This document shows positions 57,925 through 64,000 of a stretch of 64,000 nt of DNA, piece after piece; the first letter of the stretch is position 1, and each line of letters opens with the position of its first letter. Origin of the DNA: a virus; the IMG/VR virus record IMGVR_UViG_3300033141_003979, positions 1 to 64,000 of that record; one strand, given 5' to 3'. The translations under genes were made by a program, and so were the position numbers. Under the pieces are notes generated by a model that did no database searches, was not told the origin of the DNA, and saw only the letters and a program-made list of their open reading frames with translations.

Positions 57925-58524
57925 TTATCCAACATTGCGTTCAAAGTTAACAGGCCAATCAGCTTCTTTGCCAAGTATTGCAATTCCAGCAAGAGCGACC
58001 GTACTTGTATCACCAGCATTACTAACTGACACTACAAGCCGTACCCATCTCTCACTACCAATATAACCTGCCGCAAAAGCCTGAGATTCCCAATAACTCT
58101 GCAAATCTGCACTCACTCCACCAAGGCAGAAGAATGTACCAGCGGTCAATCCAGAACCAGCATTGCTCACATTCAGGACTCCCATACTTCCACTTATAAA
58201 TCCTGAAGTATTCGCTCCAGCAGCAGCTCCACTTAATCGCAAATCAACGAGAATGTGTTCCGCAGAGCAATTTGCCCATATAACAGTGCCGGCGACATTA
58301 CTTGCTCCATGCTGCATCCGAATCCAAGCACAAGAAGTTACGGAAATCTGTGCAGAAGCTTCTCTTGATCCTTCCCCACCATGAACAACAAAGGTTACTG
58401 TTTCATATCCTTGCCTATCAACAGTTGCCCCAGTCAAGCTAGCAAAAGTTGTTCCATCATAAGTTGATGGTGCAAGGGCTTCAAAGAACTTGAAATTACT
58501 GAAACCGTCTCTTACTCCACCCAT
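57925..58524 (-). CDS. Capsid decoration-like protein, copy 1
   Basis: TGATVDRQGYETVTF, GYIGSERWVRL; immediately after the capsid gene. Confidence 0.75.
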   Translation of the reverse strand: MGGVRDGFSNFKFFEALAPSTYDGTTFASLTGATVDRQGYETVTFVVHGGEGSREASAQISVTSCAWIRMQHGASNVAGTVIWANCSAEHILVDLRLSGAAAGANTSGFISGSMGVLNVSNAGSGLTAGTFFCLGGVSADLQSYWESQAFAAGYIGSERWVRLVVSVSNAGDTSTVALAGIAILGKEADWPVNFERNVG

Positions 58525-58576
58525 AATATTGCCTCCTTATCTTGTATAATTGGTTGCATTATCTGCATAACCAAAA

Positions 58577-60049
58577 CTATACGGCAATATTGCCAAGTTT
58601 AATTGCTTGATAGTTGACGACATCGCCACCAACTCGCTTCCGGGTATAGAACTCAACCATCGGTTTAACGGTAAATGGATCTCTTTGAATGGTGACTCCA
58701 AGACGATCAACGATCATATAAGCCTCTGTCCAATCGGCTAATGCCACAGCTCTAATACCAGCAGCAACAGCAGGCATCGTAGTACTCATTCGCACCGGCA
58801 GGCCCAAGATGGTACTTGTTGCATCGTCCTGAAAACCAGGCTTCCAAATATAGCGCCCTGCACCATCTTTAAGATACATTGCATCAGCCACAGTGCCCCT
58901 GTTCATTACCCAAGTGCCTCGATTCAAATACTGCTCAACCAGGCTATACTTGACTGCAATAAATCCATCGGCGGTAAGGGCCGCAGCGGCTCGCATATTG
59001 GTTCGTTCTATGGCACCCCACTGATCAACTCCAGCGGTGGTATAATTGTTGTAGGTATTAAAGCCTCTAGGCTTACCTACCCCATCGCCAGTAACAAATG
59101 CAACTCCCTCACCTCTGATAAAGCGGCTAGCTACCTTATCAGCCAACCAGTTTTCAATGTTAATCCCTGAGTCCTCAAGCAATGTCTGACTTGCCCTCGG
59201 CTTGGCATACATCACATGAACCGGAATGCGTTTCTTATAAAGCTGAGGAGTTGTAGTCTCTGCTCCTGCTTCAGTCTCGCCTTCCCATCCCCAACCGGCC
59301 TCATCGAAATCAACCATGAACTCGATGGCGCCTGTAGTAATAGATTCCACCGTAGCAAGCTGACGAATGGGATCAACCTCATACAGCCGCTTGGTAATAC
59401 GAGAACTCATATAAGGAGTAACGGTATATCCACCATCAGGATCGATGGCGACCGTCAGGGCCTTAACATTTGTAGGATCAAGCAGCCTTTCATCCTTACG
59501 GAGAAAGGAAATAAGTGCTTTGCGATATGCTCGAAATGCCTCTACATCGGGTTTTATCGCATCTTCTTGATCTGATGTAACCCCAACCCCATCCTTTTGA
59601 ACCACTAAGGCATTAAACTGAAAATCCCTGGCATCCTTCTGTTCCTGAGCAATTGCATCTGCCGACTGTGCCCCGCCCAACGGGACTCGCTTCATGGCTG
59701 CCTCAACGGCATCAATCCGCTTGGTCGCCAACTCATCCAACTTCGCCATAATGTCAGTCTCGACCTTAGCATTAGCATCTGCAATGTCCTTGGCATTCTT
59801 TACATCCAATGCATCCTGCCGGGTTGTAATGTCTTCGGTTAATTTTACGGCCTGTGCTTTGACAAGAACATCCATTCCGTTGTCTTTCTCATCGACCAAC
59901 TTCTTCAAATCTTCATGAGCCTTGCGAAGTTCATCATAATTGGCCTTGGTGTTTTCGCCCAGTTTTTCAATCTCTGCTTTAACAAGCTTTACAACCTCAG
60001 GCTCTTTGGCTCCGCCTGCATCTTTCGTCAAATACTTATCCATAACCAA
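58577..60049 (-). CDS. HK97-family major capsid protein
   Basis: Coiled-coil delta domain, DGGYTV, GW.GE, SQTLLEDS..NIENWL, F..GDGVGKPRG, RDPFT.KP.V.FY..KRVGG. Confidence 0.96.
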   Translation of the reverse strand: MVMDKYLTKDAGGAKEPEVVKLVKAEIEKLGENTKANYDELRKAHEDLKKLVDEKDNGMDVLVKAQAVKLTEDITTRQDALDVKNAKDIADANAKVETDIMAKLDELATKRIDAVEAAMKRVPLGGAQSADAIAQEQKDARDFQFNALVVQKDGVGVTSDQEDAIKPDVEAFRAYRKALISFLRKDERLLDPTNVKALTVAIDPDGGYTVTPYMSSRITKRLYEVDPIRQLATVESITTGAIEFMVDFDEAGWGWEGETEAGAETTTPQLYKKRIPVHVMYAKPRASQTLLEDSGINIENWLADKVASRFIRGEGVAFVTGDGVGKPRGFNTYNNYTTAGVDQWGAIERTNMRAAAALTADGFIAVKYSLVEQYLNRGTWVMNRGTVADAMYLKDGAGRYIWKPGFQDDATSTILGLPVRMSTTMPAVAAGIRAVALADWTEAYMIVDRLGVTIQRDPFTVKPMVEFYTRKRVGGDVVNYQAIKLGNIAV

Positions 60050-60085
60050 ATCCTCCCTTTTCCAACTTACTATTAATTGATATGC

Positions 60086-60763
60086 CTAAAATTCTGAGTT
60101 AGCTTTCTTCAGGCTCTCCAGTATCATCGAAAGCCCATCCATATCCACCGTCCCTGAATCCCTCAAGGCCGTCTTGTGCCGACTAAGGAAAATTTGAGCA
60201 TCGGTCTTGGAATATCCTGATTCCCTCAAAAGCTTTTCCAGATCTCGCTCAGTCTCAGCCTGTTGTAATTGTTCCTTGAACTCCTGTTCCTTAACCGCAG
60301 TAACCTGTGCACGAAGATTGGCCCCGAATGTTACAGGACTAATTTCCCACAATTCTACTTCTTTCAAATAGTTCACCTTTTTCTTTTCGTCTACTTCACG
60401 TTGAACTGTGTCGTAGCCAATACTCAATCCCCTGAGAGCTCCTATTTTCATTAACTCAAACGTCGTATTACCATCTTGAGTTTTCATGGCAAGCTGGCCA
60501 GTGACCTTGAGCCCTCGCTTATCTTCTTTCAGCTCAGTCCATACTCCGATGGGACGACGGGCATCATGTTGATACAGCATAGCAATGCCAGTACCATTGC
60601 GCCCGCCATTATTAAGGGTCTTTAAAAAGGCTCCTGACACGATGATATCTCCATGGCTGTCTGGCTTACCACCGAACATGCTGCCATATCCTTTGAAGAT
60701 TCCAGAATCTTCAACATCATCTGCTTTCAGTTCAAAAGGGACATTCAAAATTTTCTTTTCCAT
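60086..60763 (-). CDS. HK97-family prohead protease
   Basis: FKGYGS.F, MLYQHD..RPIGVW, GLSIGY, LWEISPVTFGAN. Confidence 0.95.
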   Translation of the reverse strand: MEKKILNVPFELKADDVEDSGIFKGYGSMFGGKPDSHGDIIVSGAFLKTLNNGGRNGTGIAMLYQHDARRPIGVWTELKEDKRGLKVTGQLAMKTQDGNTTFELMKIGALRGLSIGYDTVQREVDEKKKVNYLKEVELWEISPVTFGANLRAQVTAVKEQEFKEQLQQAETERDLEKLLRESGYSKTDAQIFLSRHKTALRDSGTVDMDGLSMILESLKKANSEF

Positions 60764-60790
60764 GATCTTATCCTCCCATCTTGGAGTGGG

Positions 60791-60925
60791 ATAGGGTGAA
60801 TAGTTATTTTTCTAAAGCAGGGCAAAGAAAAAGGCAGCAAATATGAGAAGTATGGTCCCATACTGACCGCCTTGTATTCTTTCTTGCGTCTGCTTTAGAT
60901 TCGTCAATCCTTAGCAGAACCCTAT
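60791..60925 (-). ncRNA. Candidate structured RNA upstream of the protease/capsid genes
   Basis: Nested inverted repeats: 60791-60797/60919-60925, 60811-60820/60890-60899 and inner stems. Confidence 0.55.
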
Positions 60926-60935
60926 TTATCAATTA

Positions 60936-61049
60936 TTATATTATAGATCTATATTTCTCATCAAAATTTCTATCCCATTTTATCATTAAGCACCATAATA
61001 ATCCTATACCGATTATTATCCCCACACAAACCCCCTGTATAAAAAACAT
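60936..61049 (-). CDS. 37-aa single-TM peptide, not in the ORF track
   Basis: MFFIQGVCVGIIIGIGLLWCLMIKWDRNFDEKYRSII; AGGAG RBS. Confidence 0.45.
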   Translation of the reverse strand: MFFIQGVCVGIIIGIGLLWCLMIKWDRNFDEKYRSII

Positions 61050-61072
61050 TATTTACTCACTCCTTCCCATAA

Positions 61073-61270
61073 TCAACGTTCAAAAACAATATCATTACCT
61101 TGGTTCTTTAATGGTTTTAAATGCCGATTATTGCCATAGGCAATCTCTACTGGAATCCCTTTCAAAAATGCCTTGCAATTATTAACTTCTGTCAATTCTG
61201 TTCCATCCGGCTGTATAACGCCTATATAATGTTTGCACTTTCTTGTAAAACATCTTGGTTCTGCAATCAT
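61073..61270 (-). CDS. Small Cys/His protein, candidate immunity protein for the MuF toxin
   Basis: C....CKHY, CKAF.KGIP.EI.YG...H..P..NQGNDIVFE; ATGA-type overlap with muF. Confidence 0.65.
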   Translation of the reverse strand: MIAEPRCFTRKCKHYIGVIQPDGTELTEVNNCKAFLKGIPVEIAYGNNRHLKPLKNQGNDIVFER

Positions 61271-62745
61271 TTAATTTTTCCTAATAATTTCTCAAATACC
61301 TCTTCTAATTCTTTTGGCAACATTCTTCTTTTATATAATGGAGATGTAATAGCCGTAAAACATTCAGCAAGAGCCTCATTTTTATTGGATGCACTATAAA
61401 TACTTACATTATTTTCAAACCATTCTTTGGCTAAATGCTGATATTCTATTCCATCAAAAGTAGCTTTTTTATTCCAAAATTTTGTAAATCGTTTTGATAT
61501 ATTAGGAATATTTTCTAAATGGTGACTAAGTTCATGGCGCAAAGTAGTTTTAAAATCTCTACTAACAAGAAATTTTCTTTTGCCGATAAATAAAGAAGGA
61601 CTAAGTCTTTCAGTTAAATCGGGTATTGCCAATTTAATTCTATTAAATCTTGTATCATATTCACCAAGAAATCCTCTTTTTATTGATTTTTTCAATCCTC
61701 TACCTTTAAAGAAATCAATTCCTTGAATTTTTTCCTTATTTAATTGCTTTGTTAAATATGGAAATTTAATCTTTAGTCTTTCCAATTCTTCAAGAGTGGG
61801 ATTTAGTGCATTGTCAATAAAACTTTTTTCAGTTTCCCATCCATATTTTCCACCTAATTGCCCAATATTATTAATTCCTAAAGATTTAAATCTTTCTTCC
61901 GCCTCTTGAATAGTTGAAGTAGGCAGAAATCCTTCCTCCGGCTCATAAGGTTTCATCGGCTCAGACCGCCGGACAGTATGATACATTAAAACACATCGAC
62001 ACAACACAGTATTATCAGCCCCGCCGGCAGGATCGCCAGGATATTCCATCGGCATCCCGTCAACAATAAAGACAGCATCTTGGGCAATCCTATCACCATC
62101 AACATCAGCATGGGTATCTCGTGTACGTTTATCCATTGTAGCCAACCACTCTTTTTCCATCTCAACCCGAGTACTGGCCACCGCCACATCCACACTTTTA
62201 ACAGCCCCTGTATGTGTCTCGGTCGCTGCAATCACCCTCGCCCTGTAAGGAGTCGCAATCCTGCCGGTCCTGACTATCCGCTTGGCAATCTCCCGATGGC
62301 TTTCTCCCTCAGCCATTCCGTGATAGATAACATTTGCTAAAACTTTCTTTGTCGTCTTCTGCACTTTCGTAATCTGCTGAGCTGCCGTTGTATTAGCCCA
62401 ACGATTTAGCTCTGCCCAAAACTCATTTTCCGGCCCCTTGGTTTCGGGCACAACTAAACCTTTGATCTTACTGTCCTCAAAGATGCGGAAAGTCTTCTTA
62501 CTAAACACTGTTCCTGTCCTATGATATTGATTCCATAACTGTATTTCTAATCGTTCACGCTCTTTATTCACCGCATGATCAACCCCATCCAATATCCCTT
62601 GCCTAACCAGTTTGGCAGTATTCAGGTATTGCCGGTTTAGGATAGGCTTTAATCTTTTAGCGTATATATTTTCTAGTCTTACCATTTGCCTTGTCATCTC
62701 AGCGTGATAACGCCTGCGAGCTATTTTATTGGTTATGTTGATCAT
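61267..62745 (-). CDS. MuF (SPP1 gp7-like) minor head protein with C-terminal zincin metallopeptidase domain
   Basis: RARVIAATETH, KEWLAT.D.RTR.TH, PGDP..G.....CRC; then RHELSH and SIYS..N..EALAECF. Confidence 0.85.
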   Translation of the reverse strand: MINITNKIARRRYHAEMTRQMVRLENIYAKRLKPILNRQYLNTAKLVRQGILDGVDHAVNKERERLEIQLWNQYHRTGTVFSKKTFRIFEDSKIKGLVVPETKGPENEFWAELNRWANTTAAQQITKVQKTTKKVLANVIYHGMAEGESHREIAKRIVRTGRIATPYRARVIAATETHTGAVKSVDVAVASTRVEMEKEWLATMDKRTRDTHADVDGDRIAQDAVFIVDGMPMEYPGDPAGGADNTVLCRCVLMYHTVRRSEPMKPYEPEEGFLPTSTIQEAEERFKSLGINNIGQLGGKYGWETEKSFIDNALNPTLEELERLKIKFPYLTKQLNKEKIQGIDFFKGRGLKKSIKRGFLGEYDTRFNRIKLAIPDLTERLSPSLFIGKRKFLVSRDFKTTLRHELSHHLENIPNISKRFTKFWNKKATFDGIEYQHLAKEWFENNVSIYSASNKNEALAECFTAITSPLYKRRMLPKELEEVFEKLLGKIK

Positions 62746-64000
62746 TCTTGATTAGCTTTATCCAACTCTTCCTGCACTAACCAAGCTGGAGTCGGCACCC
62801 CAAGCATATCCTCAATCTCTTCAACATTATACCCTTGATCCAATAATTGCCGGTATGTCTTTTTCTCCTCTTCCTCTTCCTCAATTTCTTCCTCCTCTTC
62901 CTCTTCAATCCCCGCCGCTTCAATAGGAATTTTCGATGCCTCGATAAATATCATCGACCCAGGATCATCCGAAGGCTCATACTTATCTTTACCCACCAGC
63001 TCTCTCTTTTCATCCAATGTCAAAAAGTCTGAAGTCCGTGCCCGATCCCATAACATATCCCGTTTGACTGCCAAGGCAGGTACATCGTCTAATATATAAT
63101 CAAGAAACATCTCACTATCTTTTTCAAATAACCAATTATTCAATTCTCCTTTCAGATAATTGAGCCAGAAGAAAATGGTGTTTTCCCAGAAGGCCAACCT
63201 CGCCTCTTTGTAATTAGCAAATGTTGCCTCACCTGGAATACCTATTAGCATCGGTGGCACCCCATATCCCATTGCAATCTTACGCATCAAGCGGTGGTCA
63301 CCCTCATTGAAATCCAAATCCGCCGGAGTCCACCCATAAGGGGTTACCGTAGTTCCTTTATCCCCTGTAATGATAATGTCCCTTCCAACATTCTCAGGCC
63401 CAGCCCTCTCCTCAAGAGTCCTCTCAAGGCTATCAAACTGATCTACCCCTAACTGCCCAACTAAGGTATAAACCATTCCTGGCCGACCCTGCTGATCGAT
63501 CAAGGACTTATTCCATTGTGTCGCTGCATTGCTTGTATCAACCTCCCTTGCTGCGGCCTCAGTCGCCGCCGCTCCCCACCAATCATCTAATGGGTGAAAT
63601 GTTTTCAGATGTAATATATCACTCTGTAAAGTTACAGGGTCAACTTCATACTCAACTTTCCTTCCCTGAACCTTATATATGTACTTACCAACCTGCCCTG
63701 TCACAGAATTAGTTCCTATCTCAAACCTATCCGGCCTCAAGGTATACAATTCACGAAGTTGTCCACTATTCGGACCTGTCCCCAATTTAATCCGTTCCAA
63801 AAAACCATTGCCACTCATAACCAAAAAAGCCGCAGCCCTGAGAATCACATACTCCAAGCTCTCAGTCGGGTTTGGTCTCTTCAATACCTCCACTACATCT
63901 CCTTCTTGCTCTTCCTCCCGGCCACCACCAGAAAGCTTCCGAAACTGCTTCCAAGGGACTGACGCCACGCTTTGTGCCACTTCCCTTATAGCCGTAAAGG
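62742..64000 (-). CDS. HK97-type portal protein, 5' end outside the window
   Basis: L.RPNP, GNGF, LRPDR, ILHLKTFHPLDDWWG, IAMGYGVPP.LIG..ATFANYKEAR. Confidence 0.93.
   Translation of the reverse strand, partial: FTAIREVAQSVASVPWKQFRKLSGGGREEEQEGDVVEVLKRPNPTESLEYVILRAAAFLVMSGNGFLERIKLGTGPNSGQLRELYTLRPDRFEIGTNSVTGQVGKYIYKVQGRKVEYEVDPVTLQSDILHLKTFHPLDDWWGAAATEAAAREVDTSNAATQWNKSLIDQQGRPGMVYTLVGQLGVDQFDSLERTLEERAGPENVGRDIIITGDKGTTVTPYGWTPADLDFNEGDHRLMRKIAMGYGVPPMLIGIPGEATFANYKEARLAFWENTIFFWLNYLKGELNNWLFEKDSEMFLDYILDDVPALAVKRDMLWDRARTSDFLTLDEKRELVGKDKYEPSDDPGSMIFIEASKIPIEAAGIEEEEEEEIEEEEEEKKTYRQLLDQGYNVEEIEDMLGVPTPAWLVQEELDKANQE

Noticed and set aside
1-64000. Genome-wide TGA recoding
   Set aside because: TGA ends many clear genes (e.g. 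10551-10553 and several ATGA overlaps); only one in-frame TGA case was noticed.
1-64000. tRNA, rRNA, integrase, terminase and lysis genes
   Set aside because: None recognised by eye; they may lie outside the window. A tRNAscan/HMM run would be needed to exclude them.

Overview
This window is about 64 kb of a tailed dsDNA (pro)phage genome with two convergent arms that meet at 16174/16175. The minus-strand arm (64000 to 16175) is a virion operon. It runs portal, MuF head protein with a metallopeptidase tail, HK97-type prohead protease and major capsid, duplicated and triplicated capsid-accessory genes, head-tail connector, lambda/HK97-like neck, and a Mu-like contractile tail (sheath, tube, frameshifted chaperone, tape measure, baseplate, fibre). 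About 23 kb is inserted between the connector and the head-closure gene. The insert encodes four proteins with long mucin-like (S-x-S-P)n tracts, a clan GH-A glycosidase, a PhoD-like phosphatase, two DxH-type glycosyltransferases resembling mucin-initiating polypeptide GalNAc-transferases, further GT domains, a methyltransferase, a sulfotransferase, a radical SAM enzyme and a Tad2-like protein. The plus-strand arm (1-16174) holds a pseudaminic/legionaminic-type nonulosonate pathway (PseB-, PseC-, PseH-, PseI/NeuB- and PseF/SpsF-like genes plus an oxidoreductase), a sialidase and a split Maf-family protein glycosyltransferase. Free-standing endonucleases are interspersed, and two of them sit behind a covarying C4-like structured RNA. 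The leading hypothesis (inference) is a phage-encoded system that O-glycosylates Ser/Pro-rich virion proteins to give a mucin-like coat. All family calls are by motif recognition by eye; no database searches were run.
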